Assembly: GCF_964188315.1 (NCBI RefSeq)
Contig: NC_135666.1
Span: 59,954,001 to 60,018,000, forward strand
Source of the DNA: Podarcis muralis
Lineage: Eukaryota
DNA: 64,000 nt
Direction: 5' to 3'
The translations under genes and the position numbers were made by a program. Below the pieces are notes generated by a model that had not been told where the DNA came from, did not search any database, and saw nothing but the letters and a program-made list of their open reading frames with translations. The first letter of the stretch is position 1; each line of letters starts with the position of its first letter. Of the stretch, positions 48,753 through 62,834 are shown piece by piece.

Positions 48753-49157
48753 GGAACCCATATTTCCATTTGTTAGCACAAACAGTTACTTCCAAAACGA
48801 ACAATGAGCGACCGTATTCTGGCAAATGCCTTATCCCACTCCCACCCCCCTGTAATAAGTGTTGTTTACAAACAGTAGGATAAGAGAATGCTCTTTTTAT
48901 GGGCATTTAAAAGATTACGGTAATCCGTTGCTTCATCTTCCCCTTCTCTGAGATGATGTTCTCCAGTAGCCTCTATTTCCCCTTTACTGGTATAGCATTA
49001 ACTTCTCAAAAGAAGTGTTTTGATCAATAGATGCTTGTCATTGATTTGTTCTTGATTGCAACCATAGGAATAATAGTTATTAGGTAGCATTGTTGTTTTA
49101 GAAAGAAAAGCAAAAATACTAATGCCAGCTCTCTTGCTATTTTTCTCCTTCCAGCAG

Positions 49158-49233
49158 ATTTTTAAAAGCATCACGAATGAAGATTCAGTCCAGGGCCAGG
49201 GAAGCAGAAGACTGATCAGTTTTTCATTGTCAG
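49158..49233 (+). CDS. HECW1: HECW1 coding exon (76 bp): IFKSITNEDSVQGQGSRRLISFSLS
   Basis: Matches HECW1; ccagcag| acceptor (NAGNAG) and G|gtatg donor. Confidence 0.96.
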
Positions 49234-52200
49234 GTATGCCTTGCTCTGATACACTTTTGTACAGAATGTTTCAGCGACCCCAAATCATTTGACCTGAATG
49301 CGTTTATCATGTTACTACGCTGCCCTTGCTTCGATGAGATTAGGCCAGGCCACACAGAGAGACTTGCCCCATGTTATCATTGCAACATCACTCTGAGGTA
49401 GTTTAGAGTGAGAAATGGCAACTTGCCTCAGGCCTTCCAGGGAGCTTCATGGCTGAGGGGATATTTGAAGCCAATCCCCCATTTCCCAAGTCTCCATGTT
49501 GATCAAATTTCAAAATTCATTGATTAAATCAAAGTCATGAACATTTCAACAATATTTTGGAATTCTAAAGAAATCACAATTACTGCAAAACTTTCAAACC
49601 TCAAAATTTCACAGCTTTATGTCTTTTATTCAAGATCAGAATAGCTGTCCATTACTGAGGTCTGGAAAGGTGAATGCTGTTGGGTTCTCCATGACACCTG
49701 TTCAGCTATGGGTCAGCCTCTTCCTGTTAACTAGTACATCATGCTACTTGAAGGAGCTAGGAAGAGGCACAAATAGCACATACATACTATCAAACCTGGG
49801 ACTCTCAGGTACCTTGTGCAATTGATCTGCAACTGACTTTTCATCATTAGTAGATTTCATTACCAATTGCTAGCTCCTGTCGGTTCTTGATCTTGACAGT
49901 CATTTTATTGGCTCTCCTCAGTCTAATCTAAACTAGATCCCTTTTTCCAGTCTTCTATGCCTAGAATGTTATAAGAACAAATCATAAAGGAATTTGCTTA
50001 TGAGAATCCAACAGGCCACATGATCTGTAGCTAGCATCTATGATAAACTAACTGCATACATTCCTTTCTCTGGCTAATAGGTTAGGTCTTTAACACAGAG
50101 TTTAAAGGTGGCTTCAGGTTATTGGTAGCTATGTGGCAGCTGCTTAAATGATTTTGTAATAGCACAGAGGAATTATTAGAGCAGTTAACTAAGCCTGAAA
50201 AGTCATCGTATCCAGTGATCAGTTTACGGAGCTCAGAGAAGTCATGTTGTATAACATCCATCGCCTTGACTTTTCCAACAACTCTAAGTCTGATTTATCT
50301 GTTTGTTTGTTTATTACATGTGCATCCTACCCTCCCACCAAGAAGTTCAGGTCAATGTATATGGATCTGCTCCTTTTTCGCCACAGTAAATCTTTTGGGT
50401 AAGCTAGGCTAAAACAGTGGTATTTTTGAACTTCTGTGCCATCAACTTGCCTTCCAAGAAACATGGAGCATATTCTGTATAGTAACACTGTAATCTTGTA
50501 TGAATTGAATATGCACCCCAGCATATAAACAGCACTCCTATATAGCTGAACTGAGGTGAGGGATAAGCGATCTTTCAAGGAAGCTTACCTGCCATTCCTG
50601 ACTGTCTTATTAAGGAACTCCAGTGTTCCTGGAAGACAGGTTGATAACTACTGGGCTGAAAGAGTGAAGATCAACCAGTGAGCTTTGTACCTGAGAGGGT
50701 TCTTCAGCCTGAGTCTCCCTGCTCTAAGCCTAGCATTCTTTCCACTGTGCTGCACTGGCTGTCACTGGTTTATGCATACAAAGCCCACCAGAACATTAAT
50801 TAACTACTCTTCTCTTCTATTGCATTCTCTTTGAAGACAATTAACAATTTATCCCTGCTAGCAATGTGTTAATAATTAATATTTTCTCATCTTTTTCTTG
50901 TGACCTAGGCTTTTTTAAAAAAGCAACCGCCCCCCTAAGTTAATTTCTTGTGCTTTTTCACCCATGGCTTCGAATGTTTTCCCTGTAGACTTCCTCTGGC
51001 TTTCTTGTGAGCCTCTCATTAGCAAAAGTGAAACCATATTACTTTAAAGTCTTCTGTTGCATTTTCTTATCACTTTTCTGGGGGCAGCAGAGATTCCATA
51101 TGGCACATGCTTGATTTGGATAAATACCCCACCATGTTTTGCCACAGTGCCATACTTTCCTGTATCCCATGCCATATTGTACTAAAAACTTTTATCGTAT
51201 TTTACTCCAGTCCCCTCAAACATCTTTCTACACCTCCACTGTACCTTTCTATGTACCCGATGAAAGATATTACTGTATTATCCTACACTCAAAGGCATAT
51301 TTTGCTGAACTGGATAGCCTCAAACTTAAGATTTTGATAAAGGCACAGAACATAAGATATGTTGTCACATGGTGGTATGACTGAATGCCACAGTTACCTG
51401 GTAACACCATGATTGTAACACCATTCACAGCAGGTTCAGAATATGGCAGCCAGACTTTTGATCGTGATTCTTTGATCAGAATCTATCATGCCAGTGTTAA
51501 AGATTTTCCGAAAACTTCTCTTTCCAGATACAATTCAAAGGGCCACTTTTAACCTATAACACTCTTAACAATTGAAGGACTACTCACTCCCATTTGAACC
51601 TATTTATCATTTGAGATCATTTTCAAAGACCCTGCCAACATCCTCCATCCCGTTATTCTTCCACATTCTCTTTCCAGTGTTGTCATCTTCAGATCTTTTT
51701 GCCTCCTAACTTTCATTCTTCTAGCGATAACCAAACTCCCTTGATTCAGAATGGTACCTGATAGGTTCAGGGCACCTTAATATCTATCTTAGCTTATGTT
51801 GTCATCTGGATTGTGCAGAGAAATCATGACTTGCAAAGGATCACCCAGTAAGTGTTATGGCTCCTCCAAAGATCATCTTTGCATCGAAACGTAACCCCAT
51901 TCACTGTAGCATACTGGCTTTCTTCAAATATTGCTTTGCCTCAATTATCCTGTGTCTGCTACTGCCCCAATTCTGTTATGTGCAACTAGTTGTATTATGG
52001 AAGTGTTTTTGTTATCTCCCAGACAAATATAGTTGCTTCCAAGTGATGCCTCCAAACTCCACTGCTGTTAATGGCTTTGCTTCCACAAAATGGTCCACTC
52101 CATCATTTTGTTATGGACTTCATTCTAGTTTTTTGAATGACTGAGAAAATGTACAGAAAAATATGCTTGCTTTGCCTTCTGTTTGTTCCATGCTCCACTA

Positions 52201-53136
52201 ATCTGTTTCTGAGTAATTGCCTGACATTTTCAAACAGATTGATATGTGCCACTTGTTGTGGGGAGGGCAGTGATTTATGAGCAATCAGAAATGATGCATG
52301 GTATATGGTGTATTAATGTCATTCGTCATTAGGTTTGACTTAAAATATATATACAGAGGCTGTTAACTGCTTTCTTGGTTTTCCTTCAATTCATGTGCAC
52401 CCAAGAAATGCCTTGGGAAAACCAGAGTGTGCTGAACTCATTTTTAACAAAAACATTAGGCCTTCTGGAAGTCAGTAGCCTTGGTGAACACATTTTTCAG
52501 AGCCATTATGATGAGATGAAAATATATCCATATTTTCTCGGGAAATTCTGCTAGCAGTGAATTACAAATAGGAGTGGAAAGTGCCTGGCTGGAAACTCCT
52601 TGGTGGTGCCTTGATCTCCTGAACAGATAGCAAACTGACATTTAGGACATTCTGATTGTTCACTGTGTGAGCTGGCAGAGCAAGGAGATTTGCAGAGCCC
52701 AAGGAGCTCTAGAAACACTGTGTCTAAATCTCTTCCATGTTCCTTGCATGATTTTATTCATCCTTATAACTCTCTGACCAGTTTCTGAATGCCTCCTACC
52801 CTCCCCATGTTTCTTGGCCCATAAGAAGGCCTTTGTCCATCACACATGCAGCTACAGGCTTTAGCAACAGTCTTTAAACTATTTTCATGCAGCTAAGGAT
52901 GCATACACACCATGTCTTTGAAGCACATACCCACAAGAATCATGAGAACTGTAGTTTGTTAAGAATGCCGGCCATGGTTGCTCTATGAGGGGCAAACTAC
53001 AGTTCCCAAGATTCTTGGGGATAAAGGAAATGGGCTTTAAATGTATGGTGTGTACATTTCCCATGGCAATCACTGAGAATTGTCTCACTGGAAAGGGGGG
53101 GGAAGCTAAAAATTGTTCATGATCAACTTTCTGCAG

Positions 53137-53306
53137 ATTTTCAAGCTTTTGGCCTGAAGAAAGGCATGTTCTTCAATCCAGACCCTTACCTAAAGATTTC
53201 AATCCAGCCTGGAAAGCACAGCATCTTCCCAGCTCTTCCTCACCATGGACAGGAGAAGAGATCCAAGATCATGTGTAACACGGTCAATCCCATCTGGCAA
53301 GGAGAG
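53137..53306 (+). CDS. HECW1: HECW1 coding exon (170 bp, C2 domain): [57 protein letters not shown]
   Basis: Matches HECW1; ttctgcag| acceptor and GAG|gtgag donor. Confidence 0.97.
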
Positions 53307-53823
53307 GTGAGCCATTAGCTTTTTTGAAAAATAAAATAAAGCTGCTATGCCCTTGGAGCAAATGCACAAATTTAGCCAAGGTGCAGACATTTTATAAAAG
53401 CTTGGAGGAACAGAGAGGATGTCACTGTTTGAAGAGAGCCTTTTCTCACAGGTACAATGTAATCTCCACACACGCCCTGCCACCTCTGTGTCCCCATCGT
53501 CTACAAGGGCCTAAATAAAAAGGTTCAGGGTTTAAGCTTACCTGAAGTCATAGCTTCTGACTTGGGAACCTCCCCTAGGAAGTGGATGCTCCTTGCAATG
53601 ACTTACAGAGGAAGGGGAAAGCACCATGCATGGGCTCTCAGCCACACTGTGCACCTTCTGCCTGAGCTGGGATAGTCAATGAAATTCTGAAGCTGTGACC
53701 TGGGAAGCCTTGGCTCACATTAAGTCCTGCTTCAAGCAAAGTCCGTCAGAAGAAAAGGGTGTATAAAAATAGAAAAGGCGTAAAATATTGAGAGGAAATG
53801 AGAGTGAAAGAGTGTGTGGATCT

Positions 53824-54105
53824 AAGAATCATGGAATCATAAAATCATAAAATTGTAGAGTTGTAGAGTTGGAATGGACCCTGACGGTGATCTAGTCCAT
53901 CCCCCTGCAATGGAGGAATCTCAACAAGATCATACATGACAGATGCCCATCCAGTTTCTGCTTATAAACCTCCAATGAAGGAGAGGCCACCACCTTCTGA
54001 GGGAGTCCCTCCCACTGTCAAATGTCTCTTACTGTCAGAAAGTTCTTGTTTAATCAGAATCTCCTTTCTTGTAACTTCAAGCCATTGGTTTGGGTCCTAC
54101 CATCT
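53824..54105 (-). mobile_element. CR1 3'-end fragment
   Basis: (ATTCTATG)-type tail read as AATCATGGAATCATAAAATCATA, TTGGAATGGACCCTGACGGTGATCTAGTCCA, CAGAAAGTTCTT. Confidence 0.85.
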
Positions 54106-56663
54106 GACGGATGCATACAAGAGAGAACAAAAAAGATACCGAGAATAAAGAATGGGGAGGGGGCTGGGGGGAGGGAGAATGTAAGAAGAGGTGGCTGCAA
54201 TCTTGGGGGAAGCAGAAAACTGAATCCGTCAAGCCAGGGGCTTGCCACCAGGCTTACTCTCTAAGTTGGGCTGCTGGAACTTAGATGAGTAACATGTATG
54301 ATTTGATATATCCTCCTTGTCCAAATCATCATTTAATGGTTTGTGCTTGAAATGCAAATTTCCTGAAATTTCAGCCACAACAGTGTAATTTGCTACTAAG
54401 ACAAATGCTACTTTAGTCCTTTGGTAGACAATGTACTACAAAACTGTTATTTGTAGGGTTGGTAATTATTAGATAAAGGCACAGCTTGGCATTACAAGAA
54501 CGTAATTAGAGGGTGGTTGGATGCCATTGTTAGGTGCCAGAAAGTCTTCGCAATGTTACTGGGAAAGAAGAGAACAAGCAGCAGGAGGGTACAAGAAATT
54601 TAGCAAGGAAATGAAAATGTATTTGTATCACTGAAAACTTTTAAATTAGCAACTGCTATATTTGAATGGCATCAAAATCCAAGCCCAGAGATTCTGCTGA
54701 GGGAGGGTTGCTTTCAAAGTCAATTTGCATAGGAAGGGCCCACCAAAGGTAGAAACTGTGTTAGCTACTGAATGAAATTGTTGCAGTAGGTTGAACACGG
54801 AGAATATTAAGTACCTACTGAAGTTTCACTCCACTTTGTGGTTTGCACTAAACAAGATATAACACTTTTTTTGATACATTTATTGGGTTCGATCCAGACC
54901 TACAGCACAGTCCAAACCTAGCTTCTGCTGGAGTGAGAGAGTTTTGATTTGGCAAAACATGGATTTCCTGGCTGAACTGGGGCTATGCCAGCATAAACCA
55001 CTGACTCCAGCTGAGCTGGAGATACACTGGTGTAAGTCCCTTCACCCTGCCTCAGTTGGTGAAACTTACGCCAGCAGAAGGAAGGGGGGGGGCTCCAGAG
55101 TGTGGCAGGGGCAAGATGGGGCAAGGAGAGACAGCTATTCCAAACCAGCTTGGTCATGTGACCTTGGGTCCAGTCTCCAAAGCTAAGACCCATTCACTTG
55201 CCATCTCAGCTGGCAGTAGCCCTCCCACTTTCTGAACAGAGTTTGGAATAGAGGTAACTTACAGTAATGTACATTGTGCAGGCCTACATTACACTGTCTC
55301 CCTATAGCTAGGTTTGATTGAAATCAATGGGACAAGTCGGCTAAGTCTGGATCCAACCTGTAACATTTATGGGCCAAATGAGACAATTTGTAAAAGGAAA
55401 AGATTTCCAGAAAGTCTCCCTTTTGCTTGCCTTTTTTGTGTGCTGTTTGTAGCTGCTTATATTCTCAATTTGGATCCTCTGGGAGTTGGTTTGTTTGTTT
55501 TTACTACCACTGAGTTTTTATCCTGGTGATCACAGTGGATCAGGGACCACAAAGGCAACAGGATGGTATCATATTAGCACACAGTGAATCCAATTGTGCT
55601 CTGAATGATACTGCAAAGCCAAATCAGAGAGACTTTGTTCCTGAAAACTCCTGGCAGTCTCCACACAGAGAAGCTCTTAAATTGAACAAACTGAGCACTT
55701 TCTATTTTTTCCTCTCTTTTTTGGTTGGGGGAACCTCTCCTTGTTTACTCCCCACGGTGACGCTATGCCTGCTAGTAAACGCCACAGGACCCAGAGGATG
55801 TAGCTCTCTCACTGGTTCCCAAACAATCTAAAATAGAGGACTTTTTTAACAAATCTGCTTTTATAGTTCCAACAAAAAACTGGTTTTCACCTCTTGAAGA
55901 TGATTGTGAGTGTGGGGCGAGTATTCAAGGTGAGAGCGTGGAACTGGATCCAGCAATGGGGCAAGTTGATCCTGTGCCGCTCAGAGAGGAAGGAATGACA
56001 AGTAGGGAGAGCACCCAATTAACTCTAATTGCAAGAATGGTTGAGCATATCTTCCAACAAATTAGAGGTATTGCCTCTCAAATAACCCATTTATCCAAAG
56101 AGGTCCACAGTTTATCAGTTAATAACAAGCAGGCATCAACAGAACACCATAGTACCAAAGGGAATTGGCGACAACAAGAGCAGACCCCTAAGCTCAACAG
56201 AGAACGCGCAGAGGCTCTTAAAACAAACCAGAGAGAGTGCAGTGTCTCTGCCTTCACTTTGAATGAACATTTTCACATCATTTCACAAGATTCACTGAAA
56301 TGAAGGCAGAGGGAATTGCTTTTGGCAGGGCACAAAATACTGTATTTCACTGAATGTGCTCTGGTTTAGGCTCAGTTCTCACTGTATTTAAATGTTCAGT
56401 TTGCTGACGTCTTGTGGCTGAGAAACAATCTGCAAACGCCTGAAGGTTTTTCCATTAGTGAGCAACTTCATTCTGCGTACAATTGAGAATTTTCTCTCAG
56501 AAACACGGCGCTGTGCAACAAGCTGGTTGGCTTTAAACAGTATGGAAACCAGGTCACCATTACGACTGCACAGCCCAATTTCTTTTAAACTGAAAGGCCA
56601 GTTAACTGACAAGCTCTGATTTCCCCAGAACTCGTTGCCTACGCAAGAAGTATTCTATATAAT

Positions 56664-57010
56664 TGTCAGGGAACTGCCATCGGAGGAACCGGTGGTGGAA
56701 GGGCTCACGCAGGCTGGGAGAGACTCAGCAGCTGAAGCAGGAACCAGCAGGGGGAGAGGTGGGTCTCTGGTGGAGGGGCTCACGCAGGCTGGGAGAGACT
56801 CAGCAGCTGAAGCAGGAACCAGCAGGGGGAGAGGTGGATCTCTGAGGGAAAGCGAGCAGGAGGGAGGGCTCAGGGACACATCCAGCGAGAACAGTGGGGA
56901 GGTATCTGAAGCTCCCATAGGGAGACCCACAGCCATAAGTCCTCATCGTTCTTCAGGAAAAGTTCTTTGCTGATACACCCATAAAGAAGTCATGATACTG
57001 TGGTGCCAAA
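56664..57010 (+). mobile_element. LTR-like purine-rich repeat with a 75-bp tandem duplication
   Basis: Starts TGTCAGGGA; units 56694-56768 and 56769-56843 differ at 2 positions; family call tentative. Confidence 0.45.
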
Positions 57011-57933
57011 AAGGGGGGGGGATTTAAGTTTTTTTCAAATATAACAAAAGATCTGTAGAACAGCCTAATAAACAGAACTAGCTAAACCAAGACAGTCCAG
57101 GCAGGGAAGTTCCTTAATGAGGGAGGGATTAGTCTCCCTCCCCACTCCTGGGCACTTTTGCAGGTGCCACCTGTGGCTTGGAAGGAATTCTTATCTTGTC
57201 ATATATTAAATGAGACCTTGCCAAATGGTACAGGAGTAATGCTGAGCAACAAGAAAGGGGATCTGTGTGAAAATGAAGTTATAAGAATGCCAATTGAGGC
57301 AAGGGCTGTTTAAGCAAAAACAGTGACATCAGCTGCAGCCACCCTGCAGTGCAGAAAATCCAAGCCTAATAAGGACTTGGTCCCAGACAACCAGCAGACA
57401 CTGTCTATAGCAAGGTCCTGTACAGCTGAAACCTCCACAGAAACCAGCTTTTGAAATACAGGCCATAGCATGTGCTCAAAGGTTTCTGCCTTGGTCTTTA
57501 AAGAGCAAATGCACATAGTTCTCCCCTCCTTCACCCCCCAAAAAAGCAGAATGAAGAGTTTGGAAAGGAGCCAATTTGTAAAACCTGCCTTCCTCCCTTC
57601 TCCAAATAGCTAATTGGCTACCACCAGCTCCATCCCAGGGTCAAACCAACAAGGGGTTGGCAAATTCACCCTCACGTGTGGGTAGGAGTGGTATTATTAG
57701 AACACTGTTCTTCCCAGGGAACTTGTATGACAGGTGCAATTCTTCAGTCTTCTTGAGAAAGTGGTTTCATTCTGAAAGTAAAAACACACTGCAGTTTGTT
57801 TCTGCATTACCCCACATTATGTCTATTTGAAAATAGATGAAAACAGACATAGATGGTCCTGGCAATGGATGTTGGGAAGGGTATATCCTCACCTGCACAA
57901 TGATGTTGTGAGTGGGTGTATACCAAGATTACA

Positions 57934-58312
57934 GGGATGTGGGTGGCACTGTGGTCTAAAGCACTGAGCCTCTTGAGCTTGCCGATCAGAAGGTCGGTGG
58001 TTCAAATCCCCGCGATGGGGTGAGCTCCCATTGCTTTGTCCCAGCTCCTGCCAACCTAGCAGTTCGAAAGCACGTCAAAGTGCAAGTAGATAAATAGGTA
58101 CCACAGTGGTGGGAAGGTAAACAACTTTTTTGTGTGCTCTGGTTTCCATCACGGTGTTCTGTTACACCAGAAGCGGTTTAGTCATGCTGGCCACATGACC
58201 CAAAAAGCTGTCTGTGGACAAATGCTGGCTCCCTCGGCCTTAAAGTGAGATGAGCGCCGCAACCCCGTAGTCGCCTTTGACTGGACTTAACCATCCAGGG
58301 TCCTTTACCTTT
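57934..58312 (+). mobile_element. Sauria SINE
   Basis: Head GGGATGTGGGTGGCACTGTGG, full body, CCTTTACCTTT tail; TSD TACCAAGAT(T/C)AC at 57921 and 58313. Confidence 0.92.
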
Positions 58313-60269
58313 TACCAAGATCACCATCACCACTTCCTTGTTCACCTGGGTCATGTGCAGGGAGGAAAGGACATGGATAATCTGATCAAGGGAAGGGTTT
58401 TTAACTGCATATCAAATATGCAAAATCAGTTGTGGCCAGCAGAATCAATATTGATCTAGATTGAAAGCAACATATTGAGGATGAGCGTGAATGATTTTGG
58501 ACTGAGAAAAGCTACATTTTTTGTGCTGCAAATGGGCCACAAAATGTGGCCACAAGCCACAAAATTGTTACTGGTGAGCTATAGTAGTAGTTCATAATAG
58601 AGTTTTTGGTGTATTTGAGAAACCTTTGTAAGCACCTGTTGGATTCTGGGTTTTCTATGCCCTCAAAAGGTCTAAAAGCTTGTGTGGTTTGTAAAAAATG
58701 GCAACTAAAGATTATAAGAATGTCAAGCTGAACTGCTAAAATGTTGTTACAGATTACAGAATGACTTCTTCAGATAATGACAGCCATTCTTATTTTCTTT
58801 AGTAACTATATTAGATTCCCTGAGCTGGCTTCTGTTATTCAATTTATTTCCTTCTCATTGAGTTTTATACCTTTGGGGAATGGGCCCACGGGAGCGTCAA
58901 AAATTGGCTGGTGCATCTAGTGTGCTTATGTTTAAGGTCCTATCTATTACATGAGATGCACCGCGAGGGCCTGAAAAATTATTCTTTGTTGAAGGGCAGC
59001 TGAGCATTTTATACTGCCCAGATTTTGATGTCTCTGTGTACCATCGGGTAATCTGTATAGTTGCACTTGACCGCTCTTGATTTCCTTCCTGTCTTGTCAA
59101 CAGCCGTTCCATTATGCTTCTGAGGCAGAAGGGTGTGTGTGTGTGTGTGGTCCTTTGAAGGTTGGATGCAAGTTTAGAATTGAGCATGTGGAAATAAAAT
59201 GTGTGTTCAGTGAAAAGTATAGTAAATTGGTAGTGGGTCCCCTCTTGAGGCATGGGTTTGTGTAGGTGCCTGGTAATCCAGCCTCTGGCACTGACCCATG
59301 GGTCTGGGTCTGAATGGGAAAATGATAAAATAAGCATCAACTTTAAATAAATAATAATAATAACAAATATGTTTGCTGTGAAACTTGCAATCTTCTCTTG
59401 CAGCAGTCAGGGGGAATAAGGCATCCAGAAATCTATATCTAACTTTTCTTACAGGATTTTGTTCATCAGGACCTCATTAAGCAATGTTTGGCTACAAATA
59501 GCGGTATAAAATTTAAAAAGCCACCAGTTTTATAATCAGCTGTACATGAAGAACTATTGTTCGCAAGGCTGAAGCTTCTAAATATTCAATGATATTTAAT
59601 CCTTAGTTTTAGTATCCTCCAATATCTGTTTAAGCCAGAAAATACCCATTTGTTGCAATGCTTTATTTTATATCAGCGCTTACCACAGTGGTGAATGGAT
59701 GTTGCTAGCCTTAAATACCTTTACTGTCAATAGCTTCCAGTGTAGCATTTAATCTGTAAAATAATAACAACTGTAAAGGAGTTGCTTAGAGGAATGGGAG
59801 ACCCTTTGTTTACTGAAGAAGCATTGCCATCACACTGAAAGTGACTATAAATAAAGCAAGGAAATAGCTGCTAGACAAGCTTTTAAAAGGGCAAGATTTT
59901 CAGGAGTCTCTGAACAAGCTGAAACAGATTTCGCAAAAAAAGAAAAATAGGGTCACAATTATGGGAATGATCTGGGATTTTTGGCTTTACTGTGCCCATA
60001 CTGTGCCCATGGAGGGGTTCACCATAGAACCCAGTGGGTTCCTGTCAGTCTTTAAGGCACACAGGCATGGGCAACAGTGAGCAAGGGAAAGTCAATGTAC
60101 ATGTGTCCTGCGAAGATATAACCTCCCCTCTCCTCCCCAGAGCCCTAGTCCTCAAGTTACTGCTGTTCAGGATGGAGTAACTTGCAAACTAGGAAGCATG
60201 ACTATCAAATGCACAGAGGAGGGTGAGGTGCTCTAGTTGGTGGCTTCTGCACCTCCAGCAAACAAGAAC

Positions 60270-61135
60270 CTAATTCCAAATCCAGTGATGCAGAGGAGTG
60301 GTGAGAGGCACCAGCTGGGAAATCCCCAAAGGAACCCCCAAAGGAAGACGGCTCACAGCCAGGGATTGGTGGTGGGATGACAATGAGCGGTCAGAGGGAT
60401 CAATCTGGGAGGAGGTGTGTCAGAAACCGAAGAGGTAACAGAGTTTTGTGAGCAGGAAGAGGCTGGGGCAGAGAGCAGTCCAGGATCAGAGGTGGAAGCA
60501 GAGGTGGGAGAGTGCACTGGCATAACTAGTGGGTGTGGGAGATGCAGACCGCCCAAGGCGGCACGGGGCAGCACAGCGAGAGGGGCGATGAAAGACCCAG
60601 CTATACCACTGAGTGGGCGGGGAAGGGATGGTGCCAGAAAGTGAGTGGGGGCAAAGTTACGGAGAAAAGTGTGTGTGTGAATGTGTAGTCTTATGTGTAG
60701 TCCAGGTATTTGAACACTGGGCCATATTGAAATTTGGGGGTGGGGCAAAATCCCTAGCTGTGCCACTGGGAGAGGGGTCAAGAGACAGCAATGAGTCAGG
60801 CTGTTGAGGAAGCCAGGCTGTCTCCCCCTTCTGCAGCAACCAGCTTCCCTTCCCCCTTGTCCCCCAGAACCCAAATAGGTATGAAGAGGGTGGAGCAGAG
60901 ACAGTGAAGAAAAAATAGCCTCAAATTGCTTGGGAAGGAACCAGGGGCGGGGAGACTTAGAAGCTGTGGGAAGGTGGGGACCTTCAGTCCTTGCAACTGT
61001 CTCAATGGACCAAGATCTACTGGGAAGAGTTGCTGTGCCCACTAGGCCTAAGCTGTTTTGCTTCTTTGGATAAAGAGTTAACTTCACTGACACCTTGTGA
61101 GTTGTTGCTGACCTCTGCCCTGACTCCTGCAGACA
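60270..61135 (+). mobile_element. Solo-LTR-like repeat interrupted by a hAT MITE
   Basis: GCAGAGGAGTGGTGAGAGGCACCAGCTGGG..TCAGAAACCGAAGAGG shared with 62835; degenerate GATAAAGAGTT polyA-like motif; ends ..GACA. Confidence 0.5.
60515..60768. mobile_element. hAT-type MITE
   Basis: TIR CACTGGCATAACTAG / CTAGCTGTGCCACTG; 8-bp TSD GGAGAGTG / GGAGAGGG. Confidence 0.7.
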
Positions 61136-61504
61136 CCAGCCAAGTGCCCACCCAAACCAGGGCCAGGGAGCCAAGCACCTCCCAGTCAACAGGGCCTTCT
61201 CAGTGGTGCATGGAGTGGCCCCTAGGGAGAACCACTTGCCTATAGCTGAGTTGTCCATATAAGGCAGGGTGGAGAAACTCAGGCCTGAGAGCCAGAAGCA
61301 TAGCTGTCAACGTTTCCCTTTTTTAAAGGGAAATTCCCTTATTCTGAATAGGATTCCTCGCAAGAAAAGGGAAAAGTTGACAGCTATAGCCAGAAGCAAC
61401 CCTGCATGCCCTCTAGCTGCCCACCACAGGACTCTTCCTAGGCCATGCTCCCTCCCCAGGCACTGAGCACACCCTCCTTGAGTGTTTTTGCCTTGCTAGT
61501 GACA

Positions 61505-62097
61505 GCCCTTAGGATATTTGAAGATGGCTATCATATCTCCTTTCAGTCTCCCCTTTCCCAGGCTAAACATACCCAGCTCCTTCAACCGTTCATAAGGCTT
61601 GGTTTCCAGACCCTTGATCATCTTTGTTGCCTTCCTCTGCACATGTTCCAGCTTGTCAACATCCTTCTTAAATTGTGTCACCCAGGAGTGGACACAGTAT
61701 TATAGGTAGGGTCTAACCAAGGCAAAATAGAGCAATACTATTACTTCCCATGATTGGGAGACTATACTTCCGTTGATGCAGCCTAGAATTGCATTAGCCT
61801 TTTTTGCTGCTGCATCACACTGTTGACTCATGTTAAGCTTGTGGTCAACTAAGACCTCCAAGATCCTTTTCAGATGTATTGTTAGTAAGCCAGGTGTCCT
61901 CCATCTTATATCTGTGCAGCTGGTTCTTCCTGCCTAAGTGCAGAACCTTACATTTGTCCCTACTGAAATTCATTTTGTTAGCTTGGACCCAGTTTTCAAA
62001 TTGTCCAAGGTCATTTTTAATTCTGATTCTGTCTTCTGCAGCATTAGCTACCCCTCACAATTTGGTGTCATCTGCGAATTTGATGAGCATCCCCTAA
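61505..62097 (-). mobile_element. CR1 fragment (RT C-terminus)
   Basis: KFADDTKL on minus strand (~62060-62085); [24 protein letters not shown]. Confidence 0.9.
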
Positions 62098-62834
62098 ATT
62101 CTGTATTTTCCATGCTGCACTTGCAGGTAAATTTACATCAGTCACAACAATATTGAGCAGGAGATCAAGAGTCAGTTGTTTCTTTTATTAGCAAGTGCTG
62201 TGTCTATAAATAGACCACTCAAGCTAGATTTAGCTCCCAGCACAAGCATCTTGGACAGCAAACCAAGTATCCCCCCCCCCATCTTTTTCTTTCACTCTTA
62301 GCTTTTCTCTCACCGTGAGCACACACCTGCATGCAAAGGCATTTGACATCTCTTCTAAGAAAACTGAAAGTGACATGAGTGTTGTATTGCTGTAGTATTG
62401 AAAGTAGGCCAGGTCAGGTAAGGACAGCAAGCTGAACAGTTACAAGTCCCCCATTTTCCTCTGCTCATCATGTTTCCATTAACTCCCCAGAAATAAGAAC
62501 AGAGTGATTTCTTCATTCCTGAAATCAGCTGGGATAAACAGGGAGCAGAACTCGCGCACTTCGCTTCATCTTGGGCATCTCTTTTACCTCCTCCCCCATC
62601 ATTCAACAAACACTCAGAAACAATGAGTAACTTTCAGAAACACCACTAACATCTCTGAGCTCTGGGAAAAAATTTTTTAAGTGAAATCACAATAAAAAAT
62701 TTGATTTTGTTATTGGATTTCTTAAACTGGGACTGTAGAAAGTGTCTAAAAATGGAAATAGAATGTCCTGAAAGGAATGGGGAACAGATAGTGTTGCTCA
62801 CAATTAAATTTAAAATATTTTTAAAACTCTAGTC

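Noticed and set aside
56388-56612. SERKFSIVRRMK as a hAT transposase dimerisation motif
   Set aside because: Short similarity only, with no supporting flanking motifs or TIRs.
60353-61258. 301-aa minus-strand ORF
   Set aside because: Crosses LTR-like, MITE and flank boundaries; P/S/L-rich low complexity; no domain.
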